A stretch of DNA of 64,000 bases. Origin: Vicinamibacteria bacterium. Lineage in GTDB: Bacteria > Acidobacteriota > Vicinamibacteria > Vicinamibacterales > JAENWD01. Position 1 is the first letter of the stretch. Every line of letters starts with the position of its first letter. The position numbers were made by a program, and so were the translations under genes. Positions 22,526-33,238 of this stretch are shown piece after piece. The stretch covers positions 240,821-304,820 of the forward strand of contig CAVOPA010000009.1 in the NCBI GenBank assembly GCA_963697705.1, given 5' to 3'. The notes under the pieces were generated by a model. The model did no database searches and was not told the DNA's origin. It worked only from the letters and a program-made list of their open reading frames with translations.

Positions 22526-22735
22526 TCAGCGCCGCAAGCCCTTCGCGTCGTCCACACCCGGCTTCGTGTAGCGAACGCCCACATCAGGTCCGATATCGCT
22601 GTGGCCGCGTGGCTTGAACCACGTGAACCGCGTGTGTCCGTGCGCCTTGCCCCGGCGGATTTCAAACACGAGGTATGGCACGAGGATCAGCAGAAACAAC
22701 CCGGCTACGATCATGAGCCCGGTGGTGAGATCCAT
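22526..22735 (-). CDS. Hypothetical single-TM protein (69 aa)
   Basis: The ATG at 22735 is preceded by GGAGGG on the minus strand. One TM helix (LMIVAGLFLLILVPYLVF). It is part of the longer track ORF 22526-22903. Confidence 0.5.
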   Translation of the reverse strand: MDLTTGLMIVAGLFLLILVPYLVFEIRRGKAHGHTRFTWFKPRGHSDIGPDVGVRYTKPGVDDAKGLRR

Positions 22736-22817
22736 GGCAGCCCTCCGTTGCAATCCCAGCTGCAAGGGCAAAGCCAAGGGCCGCCCTACTGCGTGATTTA
22801 CCAGATGGAGATGTTCA

Positions 22818-23285
22818 ATGGCACCAGAAACGACCGACCCGCACGTCAATCCCGCCGACGAGACCATCCGTCTGGGGCCGCTCGCCGTGCGCTTCTTGAT
22901 CACGGGTGCTGAGGCGAGTGGCAGCCTGGCGCTCTTCGAGCTGACTGTCCCCGCCAGTCAGCGCCTCACCGCTCCGGCGCACAGCCACGATCACTACGAG
23001 GAGACGGTTTACGGCATCGAGGGCCTGCTGACCTGGACCGTCGACGGCACACGGGTTGACGTCGGACCGGGGCAAGCCCTCTGCATCCGGCGCGGCGCCA
23101 TTCACCGGTTCGACAACAACGGCAGCCAGGATGCGAAGGCGCTCTGTGCCATCACACCAGCCGCGATCGGCCCGCAGTATTTTCGCGAGGCGGCCGAGGT
23201 GGTCAGGGCGGCGGCCGGTGGGCCACCCGACCCGGTCAGGATGGTCGAAATCATGCGCCGACATGGCCTCACCCCGGCGCCGTAA
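22818..23285 (+). CDS. Cupin domain protein
   Basis: 155 aa with the His-rich cupin motif PAHSHDHYEE...G..H.F. A paralog (about 82% identical by hand alignment) lies at 61435-61902. Confidence 0.8.
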   Translation: MAPETTDPHVNPADETIRLGPLAVRFLITGAEASGSLALFELTVPASQRLTAPAHSHDHYEETVYGIEGLLTWTVDGTRVDVGPGQALCIRRGAIHRFDNNGSQDAKALCAITPAAIGPQYFREAAEVVRAAAGGPPDPVRMVEIMRRHGLTPAP

Positions 23286-23486
23286 CGATGTCGTTCACGG
23301 AACGAATGCAGTTGGGCGACATCGAACTGACGATAGAGCGGGTCGGCGGGAAGACCGCGGCGTCGCGTCTCGAGCCGCTGCCTGGGCGGGAGTCTCGAGC
23401 ACGAGCACGCCGCACCGACCACGGGCGCGAGGATCCCCGGCGGCATCCAGCAAACCCTTTGGCCGCCGATTCCGTCAAATCGCCCG

Positions 23487-26065
23487 ATGCCTGAGATCTT
23501 TGCCGACCTGCGGTATGCATTACGCGGCCTGCGCCGGAGCCCGCTCTTTGCCGTCGTGGCCATCCTGTCGCTATCGCTCGGAATTGGCGCAAACACAGCG
23601 ATCTTCACGCTGATCGACCAGATTCTGCTCCGCAAGCTCCCGGTGAAGAACCCCGACGAGCTCGTCATGCTCTATCAGGAAGGGGCCAACAACGGCAGCA
23701 ATGCGGGCTCGCGGATGCATTCGTATCCGATTTACCAGGACTATCAGAAGCGCGCCGCCCCCCTGGCCGAGGTCGTGTGCCGGCGTCTGGTGCCCGCATC
23801 CGTCAGCATCGACAACCGGACCGAACGGCTCGAGGCCGAGCTCGTCTCCGGCAACTTCTTCACCATGCTGGGGGTCAGGCCCGCCGCCGGGCGCGTGCTC
23901 AACTCGAAGGAAGACGATCAGGTCTATCAAGGCCACCCGGTCGTCGTTCTCGCCTACGACTACTGGGTGAGCCGCTTTGCCCGTGACCCCAGGATCATCG
24001 GCAAGAAGATCCTCGTCAACGACTACCCCATGACGATTGTCGGCGTGTCTCAGGCGGGGTTTGCGGGGATCGATCCGGCACGGAGTCCCCAGATCCGCGT
24101 GCCGATCCTGATGAAGCCGGTCATGCTGCCCGACTGGGACTGGCTGAAGATCGGTGACCGCCGCGCGCGGTGGGTGCAGGTGTTCGCACGGCTCAAGCCG
24201 GGCTACACGGCGGAGTCGGCGAAGGCGCCGCTCCAGACGCTCTTTACGCAGATTCGGCGGCATGAGATGTCGCTGCCGGCGGCGAAAGACTGGTCCAAGT
24301 ACGAGCGCGGCGAATTCATGAAGGGGCGACTGCTCGTCGAGCACGCGGCCATGGGCTACTCCGGCCTGCGCAACGACTTCTCCACGCCCCTGGTCGTGCT
24401 CATGTGCATGGTCGGTCTCGTGCTGCTGATCGCCTGCGCGAACGTCGCCAACCTGCTGATTGCGCGCGGCTTCATGCGCCAGCGGGAGATCGCGGTGCGC
24501 CTGTCGCTCGGTGCGTCGAGGCGGCAGCTGGTGCGGCAGTTGCTCGTCGAAAGCCTCGTGCTGTCGTTCTTCGGCGGCATCGCGGGGGTATTGCTCTCGG
24601 TCGCGCTCACACGAGGTCTGCTGGCGTACATGCCGACTGATGGGACTCCGCTCCTCATCGCGCCATGGCCTGACGCCCGCATCCTCGGCTTCACGCTCGT
24701 CCTCACGCTGACGACGGGAATCGTGTTCGGTCTCGTGCCGGCGCTGCGCTCGAGCCGCCCCGACCCGTGGACGACGCTCAAGGACACGGTGGGCTCACTG
24801 GCAGGAGGCAGCGGTTCGCTGTTCCTGCGCAAGGGCCTGGTCACCGCGCAGGTGGCGCTCAGTTTCCTGCTGCTGTTCGGTGCCGGACTCTTCGTGCGCA
24901 GCCTGCAGAACCTCAAGACCGCCGAAACGGGTGTCGCGCTCGACAACCTGATCACGTTCCAGCTCGCGCCGTCGCTCAGCGGCTACGACGATCGCAAGGC
25001 CACGGACTTCTACAGCCAGCTGCTCGCACGTCTGCGCTCGGCGCCAGGCGTCGATTCCGCCGGCCTTGCCACCGTATCCATCCTGAGCGGCAACGAGTGG
25101 GACAGCAGCATGTCGGTCGAAGGTCATCACCCCGTCGACGGCGAAGACATGCAGGCCTTCATGAACGCGCTCTCGCCCGGATACTTCAAGACGATGCGCA
25201 TTCCGCTGCTCGAAGGGCGGGACTTCACCGATGCCGACGTCCAGAACCACGCGACGTTCTTCGCGACCCTGCTCGCCGACGAGAAGTCGGCCTCCGCTCA
25301 CACCGTTGCGATCGTCAACAGAAAATTCGCCAATCATTTCTTCAAGGGTCGCAGCGCCATCGGACGGCGCATCGGCTTCGGCACCGGACCCGACGCCAAG
25401 CAGAACATCGAGGTCGTGGGCGTTGTCGCGGATTCGCTCTACGAGGGTCCGCGCGAGGGCGTCCGGCGCCAGGTGTTCATCCCCAACTTCGGCAAGAACA
25501 GCGCGACGATCTATGTGCGGACGCACAACGCCTCCTCGTCCGCGTACAGCACGATGCGGAGCGTAGTGCGCCAGCTCGACGCAGCGCTGCCGATCTACGA
25601 AATGAAGACCGTCGAAGCGCAGCTCGACGAGACGCTGCTCACCGACCACCTCATCGCCACGCTCTCGGCCGGGTTCGGCTTCCTCGCCACGCTGCTCGCG
25701 TCGATCGGGCTCTACGGCGTGATGGCATTCGTGGTCGCGCGTCGTCGAAAGGGGCATTCGTGGTCGCGCGTCGTCGAAAGGAGCTCGGCATCCGACTCGC
25801 GCTCGGCGCTCAGCCGGGTCTCCTGATCTGGCTCGTGATGCGGGAAGTGCTGATACTGCTCGCGATCGGGCTCGCGATAGGCCTGCCATCCGCGCTCGTG
25901 CTCGGGCGATTCGTCGAGTCGCAGTTGTACGGCGTCAAGGCGCAGGACCCGACGATGGCCATTGCCACGGTGGTCGTCCTGTCGGTGGTGTCGGCGACGG
26001 CCGGGTTGATCCCGGCGCGAAAGGCCAGCCGGATCGACCCGATTCTGGCCCTTCGATACGAGTAG
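23487..26065 (+). pseudogene. ADOP-family duplicated FtsX/MacB-like permease, disrupted by a 29-bp tandem duplication
   Basis: The N-terminal 779-aa ORF (23487-25826) and the C-terminal FtsX helices in track ORF 24767-26065 join into one 849-aa protein if one repeat copy is removed. Typical LSLGIGANTAIFTL and RIDPILALRYE ends. Confidence 0.85.
25724..25781 (+). repeat. Perfect 29-bp tandem duplication (GGCATTCGTGGTCGCGCGTCGTCGAAAGG x2)
   Basis: Copies at 25724-25752 and 25753-25781 are identical. The insertion length is not a multiple of 3. Confidence 0.95.
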
Positions 26066-26092
26066 GCACCCACGATGCTACCTTCGGCGGGG

Positions 26093-26293
26093 ATTCATCG
26101 ACCCGGCTGTAGTCCCAAGCTCCAGGCCGATTTCCATCACCGGCTTCGGATTTCGTGTGCAGCCAGTACCGTCAGAGCGCGCGAACATTCATCGACCCGC
26201 CTATGAAGCCACAGCAAGCTCGAGGCGGCAGATTTCGCGATCATGCCGGCTTCGGATTTCGCGTGCAGCCAGTACTCGTCAGGGCGCGCGAAC
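26093..26293. repeat. Diverged tandem duplication of a roughly 95-107-bp intergenic unit
   Basis: Both units begin with ATTCATCGACCC and end with CCGGCTTCGGATTTCG(T/C)GTGCAGCCAGTAC(-/T)CGTCAG(A/G)GCGCGCGAAC (cores at 26140-26187 and 26246-26294). Confidence 0.7.
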
Positions 26294-26348
26294 ACACGCT
26301 CACTCATTGGTGAGTTACACTCAACGGCCTGGCAAAAAGGAGTTTCCG

Positions 26349-27353
26349 ATGTCTGACGCCGCAACCGTATCGCCCGAAGTTGTGTTCGACGCGCTGTTCG
26401 CGTATCAGCAGACCGCCGCGTTGAAAGCTGCCATCGACCTGGGTCTGTTTACAGCGATCGACGAGGGGACTCAGGATTCCGATACCCTCGCGCGGCATGT
26501 CGGTGCGTCCGCGCGTGGCGTCAGGATTCTGTGCGACTACCTGACGACCCTGAATTTCCTGACGAAGCAGGAGGGACGGTACAAGCTGTCTCCAACGGCG
26601 GCAGTCTTCCTGAGCCGGAAGTCGAGCGCGTACATGGGCACCATGGCGCAGTTCCTCACGCTGCCCGAGTTGAAGCGGAATTTCGACGATCTCACGGGAG
26701 CGGTGAAGCGGGGCGGTGTCGCGCCAGCGGGCAACACCGTCAGCGAAGCGAACCCGATCTGGGTGGAGTTCGCGCGCGCGATGGTGCCGATGGCGGTAGC
26801 GAATGCTCACGCCATCGCGGACGTGATCGACGTCCCCTCCGGAGCCCACGTGCTCGATATCGCGGCCGGTCACGGAATGTACGGCATCGTGCTCGCGCAG
26901 CGGAACCCGTCGGTCCGTGTCACGGCCGTCGACTGGGAGCCGGTGCTCGCCGTCGCGAAGGAACATGCACAGGCGGCGGGGGTTCACACGCGATTCGACA
27001 CACGCGCGGGTGATGCGTTCACCACGGATCTCGGCGGCGGCTACGGCCTCGCGCTGATCACGAATTTCATTCACCACTTCAACGCCGGCGAGAACACGAC
27101 CTTTCTCCGGAAGATCGCCACGGCTCTCGAGCCGTCCGGCCGCGTGGCGATCGTCGAGTTCGTGCCGAATCCCGATCGCGTGACGCCACCCATTGCCGCG
27201 CGGTTTTCACTGACGATGCTCGCCGGTACGCCGGAAGGCGACGCCTATACGCTGGCGGAACTGACGGAGATGCTCGATGCCGCCGGGTTCGGCCAGGTGC
27301 AGACGCACGATCTGCCGACCCCGCAGACGTTGCTGATCGCCACGCGTCGCTGA
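26349..27353 (+). CDS. Class I SAM-dependent O-methyltransferase (with an N-terminal dimerisation-type domain)
   Basis: AAGGAG lies upstream of the ATG at 26349. SAM-binding motif VLDIAAGHGMYG. Overall plant/bacterial OMT-like layout. Confidence 0.85.
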   Translation: MSDAATVSPEVVFDALFAYQQTAALKAAIDLGLFTAIDEGTQDSDTLARHVGASARGVRILCDYLTTLNFLTKQEGRYKLSPTAAVFLSRKSSAYMGTMAQFLTLPELKRNFDDLTGAVKRGGVAPAGNTVSEANPIWVEFARAMVPMAVANAHAIADVIDVPSGAHVLDIAAGHGMYGIVLAQRNPSVRVTAVDWEPVLAVAKEHAQAAGVHTRFDTRAGDAFTTDLGGGYGLALITNFIHHFNAGENTTFLRKIATALEPSGRVAIVEFVPNPDRVTPPIAARFSLTMLAGTPEGDAYTLAELTEMLDAAGFGQVQTHDLPTPQTLLIATRR

Positions 27354-27466
27354 TCGCGGCCGAATCGTCACACGCTGGCAGGATTCGCTCGGCTAGGGAA
27401 GGACTGGACCTCTCGTCACGCGGTTGACGGCTCGCCGAACGCCTGCGGAGAAGGGGGGGAGTCGTA

Positions 27467-28036
27467 GTGGCGAGAGGGGCAGAGTCCAGTCGGCTGATCG
27501 CGGCGTGGCGGACGAATAACCGTGCGACTGTGTACTTGATCGAGCATCTGCCCCCGTCTGTGTGGTGGAGCCGTGTCCCCGGTATTCCACGGCTCACGGT
27601 GTGCATGATTGCTGCCCACATTCACAACAGCCGGTGCAGGTGGATCAAGAGCCTCGGCGCACCCCATGGTGTCGAAGTGCCGCGCCTCGTCGACCTGCGT
27701 CGTGTCCGACCGGCGCAGCTCGTGAAGGCGCTGTCGCGAAGCAACGATGGGATGGTCAGTCTCATCGAGCTGGGCATCGCGAATGGCGGGCGCGTACCTC
27801 GCGCGACCTGGCAGAACTTCCCGACCGATATGGAGCACTTCCTGAGTTACTTTGCCGCGCACGAGGGTCACCACCGGGGTCAGCTGTGCATGGCCGCGCG
27901 CCAACTGGGGCAACGGCTTCCGCGAAGCGTGACCGAGGGTATCTGGCAATGGACCAGGCTCGCCCGGGAGACGCCCCGTCGCCGACATCAGCGCAGTCGT
28001 GAAGTTAGCCCTGAAGGTGATCGCGCACGAGGCTGA
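27467..28036 (+). CDS. DinB-superfamily protein
   Basis: Four-helix-bundle-type His triad context (AAHIHNSR ... FAAHEGHHRGQL). Confidence 0.75.
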   Translation: MARGAESSRLIAAWRTNNRATVYLIEHLPPSVWWSRVPGIPRLTVCMIAAHIHNSRCRWIKSLGAPHGVEVPRLVDLRRVRPAQLVKALSRSNDGMVSLIELGIANGGRVPRATWQNFPTDMEHFLSYFAAHEGHHRGQLCMAARQLGQRLPRSVTEGIWQWTRLARETPRRRHQRSREVSPEGDRARG

Positions 28037-28119
28037 CGCGTCCAGCCTCGAACGTTCATTCGCGAGGCGCAGGCCGCCTCCGCCCTCAACCCCCGAACAT
28101 CGTCACGGCCGCGCTGTGG

Positions 28120-30064
28120 TCAATCGCGCAGCGCAATAATCGGATCGACGGCCGCCGCGCGCCGTGCCGGCAGATACGACGCAGCGAGGGCAACGACGCC
28201 GAGCACGAGGGGGATGGTTGCGAACGTCAGCGGATCGTAGACGTTCGTCTCGAACAGTGTGGCCCGCAGGAGCCTCGTCGCCGAAATGGCTCCGGCCGCG
28301 CCGACCGCCAGACCGATCGCTACGAGCGTCATCCCCTCGCGCACCGTGCGACGAAGCACGCGGCGTGGCTGAGCACCAAGAGCCAAACGTACAGCGATCT
28401 CGCGCCGCCGCTGCGACACGGAGAATGCGAGCACACCGTACAGGCCGATCGCTGCGAGCAGCAACGCGACGATGCCGAAGCCGGAGATCACCAGGGCGCT
28501 GAAGCGCTGCGGCGCCGACCGATCACGCTCGAGCTTGACGCGTCCGGACTCGTAGCGTCGAGTCGCCAGCACGGTCGCCATCACTGGCCTTGTCGGCCGC
28601 GGACAGCGATGGCCGTGCGCCCGCGCAGATCGTCCTGGCCGTCGAAGGTGCGCGACGAGCCGACGCATCGATGCCGAACGCATCGCCGCGAGCGTCACGC
28701 GAGCGCTGGCGCTCACGGCCGTGACGCACGCCGCGTCGAGGTCGTCGCCGAGTAACGCGGATCGCACACCGGTCACGCGCCGTGCGCGTGAAGCTGCGGA
28801 TGAAGAGCCCGGCGCACACCAGGAGCATGAACGCGAAGGCGACGCTCGTGACGACGAGGCCAGCCTGAATGCGGTGCTGGCGCCGTCCGCCGGTCGCGCG
28901 CGAGGAGCCTTCTCGAAGCAGATCGTGCAGGTCGCGCCTGAGTCCTGCGGCGAGCGGCACCAGCGCGAACAGCGCGGCGCTGCCGAGCGACAACACGCTC
29001 GTGAACGCAACGACGCGCCAGTCGAGCGCGACCGTGCTGATACCCGGAAGGCTCGTCGTCAGCACGGCCGGAATCGCCTTAAGTGCCCAGTATCCGAGCG
29101 CCAGACCGAGCAGCCCTCCGCAACCGGAAAGGATCAACGCTTCGCTGAGCAGGACCTGGAAGAGCCTGAGGCGTCCGGCTCCGAGGGCGGCACGAATGCC
29201 GATGTCGCGCTGTCGCGTGACCGAGCGGCTGAGCACCAGGTTCGCCACGTTGGCGCACGTGACGAGCAGCACGAGGCCGACCGCCGCGAGCAGGATCATC
29301 AGCGGCCGACGCACCTGACCCGACAGGTCCTCGGTCAGCATCTGCGTGCCGATCGTCACTTGCAGCGCGTCGCCGAGACCGCCAGGGTAATTCTCCCTGA
29401 TGCGTGTGGCCAGCGCCGAGATCTCGGCGGCCGCTTGTGACGGCGACGTACCGTCGCGCAGCCGGCCGATGACGCTGTGCCTGTACATCATCCCGCGGCC
29501 CTGTTTTTCGAGCGGCGTGAAGATTAGCGGAAGCCAGACGTCCGCGGGAGTCGCGTTCGATGATGCGCCGCGGCGCGGGAATTCGAATCCGGCCGGCATC
29601 ACACCAACCACCGTGTACGGCTTGCGATCGAGGACGATCGCCGACCCGAGTGGCGAACGGCCGCCAAAGCGACGCGTCCAGAGCGCGTGGCTGATGATCG
29701 CGACGTTCGATTGCTGTTGATCCTCTTCGGGGAGAAAGGTGCGCCCCTCGGACGCGGCGACGCCGAGCGTGCCGAACAGCGACGACGTGATCTCGGCCGA
29801 GTCGATCTGTTCCGCCTGGCCTCCGCCTGACAGTTCTACGGTGAGGGTGCGGTACGCGCCAATTGCTGCGAACGAATGCTGATACTGGACGAGGTCGAGA
29901 TAATCGGGGGGCGATACGTCGAATCGTTCGACGCCCGATGGCGGGATCGCCTCATACACGAGCATGAGCCGCTCCGGATCGGCGAAACCAGGCGGACGCA
30001 TCAGCGCGGCGTTCACGAGCGTGAAGACCGCGCTGTTCGCGCCGATTCCCAAATGGGTCCGCAA
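28120..30064 (-). pseudogene. ADOP-family permease remnant: N-terminus missing, second periplasmic domain largely deleted or scrambled, frames broken
   Basis: Track ORF 28523-30064 begins at LGIGANSAVFTL with an in-frame stop just upstream and no first TM helix. The sequence degenerates after AGLFIRSF. The C-terminal FtsX helices are in another frame (track ORF 28120-29010, ending VDPIIALRD). Confidence 0.8.
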
Positions 30065-30075
30065 TCGGCCGGTTC

Positions 30076-30303
30076 GTGCTCACCGGCCTCGTCGTCCGAG
30101 GCGGTATGGGTATGGTCCATTCTGCCCGTGACCCCGACATCGGATCAGGCGTGTGGGTGGGCGGCGGCGCGATTATTCTCGGCGGTGTGCGGATCGGCTC
30201 GCGAGCCGTCATCGGAGCCGGCAGCGTCGGCACGCGCGATGTGCCCGAAACCGTATTCGCCGCGGGCAATCGGTGTCGAGTGATCCGCACGATCGGTGAG
30301 TGA
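30076..30303 (+). pseudogene. C-terminal fragment of a hexapeptide-repeat (maltose/galactoside-type) O-acetyltransferase
   Basis: Only about 75 aa are present: IGSGVWVGGGAIILGGVRIGSRAVIGAGSVGTRDVPETVFAAGNRCRVIR. The N-terminal two thirds of a normal enzyme are absent. It abuts the truncated permease. Confidence 0.65.
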
Positions 30304-30391
30304 GGATGAGGCCAGCTTCGGTGGTACGTGCACGCGTCTGATGGTTCGCACGGGAGGCCTTCCGCATCCTGAGGCCCGCGTACAATTCGCC

Positions 30392-30919
30392 ATGGCCGAT
30401 TATGCGATTCGACCGGCAACCCTCGACGACCTCGAGGCGCTGACCGACATCTACAATCACTACGTCGTCAATACGGCGATCACGTTCGATCTCCATCCGT
30501 TCACCACGTCCGAGCGCCAACCGTGGTTCCACGATCACAGTGACTCCGGGCCGCATCGTCTGCTCGTCGCCATTGACGACCAGGCCAGGTGCGTGGGATA
30601 TGCGAGCAGCAGTCGATGGCGTCCAAAGCCGGCGTATCACACGACGGTCGAGGCCAGTGTGTACTGTCATCCGGACACTGTGGGTCGCGGCTGTGGGACG
30701 GCGCTCTACACCGCGCTGTTCGCTGCGCTCGACCACGAGGACGTCCAGACGATCGTCGCGGGTGTCAGCCTGCCGAATCCCGGATCGCTGTCTTTCCACG
30801 AGCGGTTCGGCTTTCAACCGGTTGGTGTCTTCCACGCGGTGGGCCGGAAGTTCAACAAGTTCTGGGATGTTGCCTGGTTCGAACGCCCGCTTCGGCTCAG
30901 CGGGGACGAGGCGCGGTGA
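30392..30919 (+). CDS. GNAT family N-acetyltransferase (phosphinothricin-acetyltransferase-like)
   Basis: ATG at 30392 (MADYAIRPATLDDLEALTDIYNHYV). GNAT core VGRGCGTALY. Layout typical of the PAT subfamily. Confidence 0.8.
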   Translation: MADYAIRPATLDDLEALTDIYNHYVVNTAITFDLHPFTTSERQPWFHDHSDSGPHRLLVAIDDQARCVGYASSSRWRPKPAYHTTVEASVYCHPDTVGRGCGTALYTALFAALDHEDVQTIVAGVSLPNPGSLSFHERFGFQPVGVFHAVGRKFNKFWDVAWFERPLRLSGDEAR

Positions 30920-30967
30920 CGACGTGAATCACCCGGAAGAGCACGCAAGTTTCCGAAGGATGGCTAC

Positions 30968-33025
30968 ATGAGACGTTTTCTCCTGGCGACGGTGGTGTGC
31001 GCGTCGATCGTCTCGACGACAGCCCGGGATGTGTCGTTCGCGCAGGCGCCGCAGGGGCTCATGCCGGCGGACCTGCTGAAATGGCGCTCGGTCGGGGGAG
31101 CGAAGTTTTCCCCCGATGGCAACCTCGTTGCCTATACGGTGGACAGCAATGACGGCCCGGGACGACCCTACGGGCAGCTCTACGTGATGGACCTGCGCAA
31201 CGGCCATACGGCGCGCTTCAGCGAGGGACAGGAGGCTTCCGGCAGTCCGGAGTGGTCGCCCGATGGCCAGTGGATCGCCTACAGCGGCGCCGCCGGCGAC
31301 AAGCACGGAGTTGTCATTGCGCATCCCGATGCGAGTGGAACGCGCTTTCTCGCCGACGCCCCGGGGACCAACAGTCCGGAGCCCTACCAGGGACGCACGC
31401 TGGCCTGGTCGCCCGATGGGAAGAAGATCGCCTTTGTTGCCTCGGCCGAAGGACCGGAGACCCGCGACGCGACCGGCGATCCGGTGGTGATCACGCGCTA
31501 CCTCTATAAGCCGGACTACTGGGAGGGCAATGCCCACTTCAACGACAACCGGCGACTGCACATCTATGTCGCTGACGTGGCCACCGGGCAGGTGCAGCAG
31601 TTGACGACGGGCACCGGTTACGAGCACTCGGTGGACTGGTCGCCGGACGGTTCGCAAATCCTGTACGCCGCCGAGCACAATCCCGACGCCGACCGCTTCT
31701 TCAATTACGACCTGTTCACCGTCGGCATGCGCGACGGTTCCATTCGACAGTTGACCAGCACCGAGGGCGTCGAGTTCTCGCCCAGGTGGTCGCCCGATGG
31801 CAGGATGATCGCATTCCTCTCGACCAAGCGGGGTCTCACCGACCGCGAAACGAACATGGAGGATCCGCACGTCTGGGTGATGAACGCTGACGGTTCGAAC
31901 CGGCGCGAGATTGGCGGCGCGATGGACAACCGTCAGCTTGGAGCTGTCTGGGCCGCGGACGGCGCGGCGGTGCTCACCCAGGTGCAGGAGCGCGGCCACG
32001 TCCATCTGTACCGTCTGCCCGTGAACGGCGGAGCTCCCGAAAAGCTGCTCGGCGACATCGGATCAGTGTCTTCCTTCTCCGTTCGCAGAGACGGCGCGAT
32101 CGCGTACACCTACTCAGGGCCCAAGGACGCTCCCAACCTCTACCTGCGCCAAGGCGCGAACGCGCGCAATCTCACGGACGTGAACTCAGAGCTGCTGCGC
32201 GGCAGGCAGCTTGCCGATGTGGAGTCGTTCACCTTCATCAGCAACGACATGAAGTTCAACGTCGAGGCTTTCCTGACCAAGCCGGTGGGATGGACGCCGG
32301 GACAGACATATCCGCTGGTGCTCAACATCCACGGCGGCCCGCACGGGCAGCAGGGCCCGGCAATCAATACGCGCAACCAGATTTACGCCGCCCACGGCTA
32401 CGCGGTGCTCATGGTGAATTACCGCGGCTCCACCGGCTACGGGCAGCAGTTCGCCGACGCCGTCTTTCGCGACCAGGACGGCGACGAAGCGATGGACGTG
32501 TTGTACGGCGTCAACGCCGCCCTTCGGCGGTATCCGTGGATCGACCGCGACCGCATCGGCATCGAAGGCGTGAGCTACGGCGGACAGCTCACCAACTGGC
32601 TGATCACGCAGACCAACATCTTCAAGGCGGCCATCCCGATCGCCGGTATTTCGAACTTCATCTCGTACAACTACATGACCTACTACAACCAGTACGAGGC
32701 GATGGAGTGGGGTGCCTACCCGCACCAGGGAAACCTCATGGACGTGCTGTGGGAACGATCGCCGCTGAAGCACGTCGCCAAGGTCAGCACGCCGACGCTG
32801 CTGATGCACGGCGAAAACGATCCTGACGTGCCCATCGCCGAGGCCGAGCAGATGTACATCGCGCTGAAGGATGTCGGCGTGGAGACGGTATTCGTCCGAT
32901 ACCCGCGCGAGGGACACGGGCTGGCCGAGCCGAAGCACCAGGTCGACTCCATCCAGCGCGCCTTCGAGTGGTACGACCGCCATTTCGCCGGCCCGGCGAA
33001 GCGACCGACCGCATCGCTGCCGTAG
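30968..33025 (+). CDS. S9 family serine peptidase (beta-propeller plus alpha/beta hydrolase; acylaminoacyl/dipeptidyl peptidase-like)
   Basis: Signal peptide, repeated SPDG blade motifs, the nucleophile elbow GVSYGG, and late D/H residues (GENDPDV ... EGHGL). Confidence 0.9.
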   Translation: MRRFLLATVVCASIVSTTARDVSFAQAPQGLMPADLLKWRSVGGAKFSPDGNLVAYTVDSNDGPGRPYGQLYVMDLRNGHTARFSEGQEASGSPEWSPDGQWIAYSGAAGDKHGVVIAHPDASGTRFLADAPGTNSPEPYQGRTLAWSPDGKKIAFVASAEGPETRDATGDPVVITRYLYKPDYWEGNAHFNDNRRLHIYVADVATGQVQQLTTGTGYEHSVDWSPDGSQILYAAEHNPDADRFFNYDLFTVGMRDGSIRQLTSTEGVEFSPRWSPDGRMIAFLSTKRGLTDRETNMEDPHVWVMNADGSNRREIGGAMDNRQLGAVWAADGAAVLTQVQERGHVHLYRLPVNGGAPEKLLGDIGSVSSFSVRRDGAIAYTYSGPKDAPNLYLRQGANARNLTDVNSELLRGRQLADVESFTFISNDMKFNVEAFLTKPVGWTPGQTYPLVLNIHGGPHGQQGPAINTRNQIYAAHGYAVLMVNYRGSTGYGQQFADAVFRDQDGDEAMDVLYGVNAALRRYPWIDRDRIGIEGVSYGGQLTNWLITQTNIFKAAIPIAGISNFISYNYMTYYNQYEAMEWGAYPHQGNLMDVLWERSPLKHVAKVSTPTLLMHGENDPDVPIAEAEQMYIALKDVGVETVFVRYPREGHGLAEPKHQVDSIQRAFEWYDRHFAGPAKRPTASLP

Positions 33026-33166
33026 TTTTTGGCGAGTGTGCCGACTCCCGTGGCGCGACATCGTGGAGAACTGCTGCGTCGGGCGGTGAGCCGCGCGGTT
33101 ACACCCCGCGTGCCCGAGTTCAAGCGAGTGGCGGCCTCTAAACCCGCGCTTCACTTGTGTAGTCAT

Positions 33167-33227
33167 GTGGGGCAGGCCTTCAGGCCTGCTTGCGAGCGCG
33201 ATTTGCAGGGCTGAAGCCCTGCCCCAC
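33167..33227. repeat. Nested palindromic element with two hairpins and complementary flanks
   Basis: GCAGGCC-ttca-GGCCTGC (33172-33189) and GCAGGGC-tgaa-GCCCTGC (33205-33222). The outer GTGGGGCAGG is nearly complementary to CCTGCCCCAC. It lies between the peptidase and kinase genes. Confidence 0.6.
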
Positions 33228-33238
33228 GTGACTGATGG

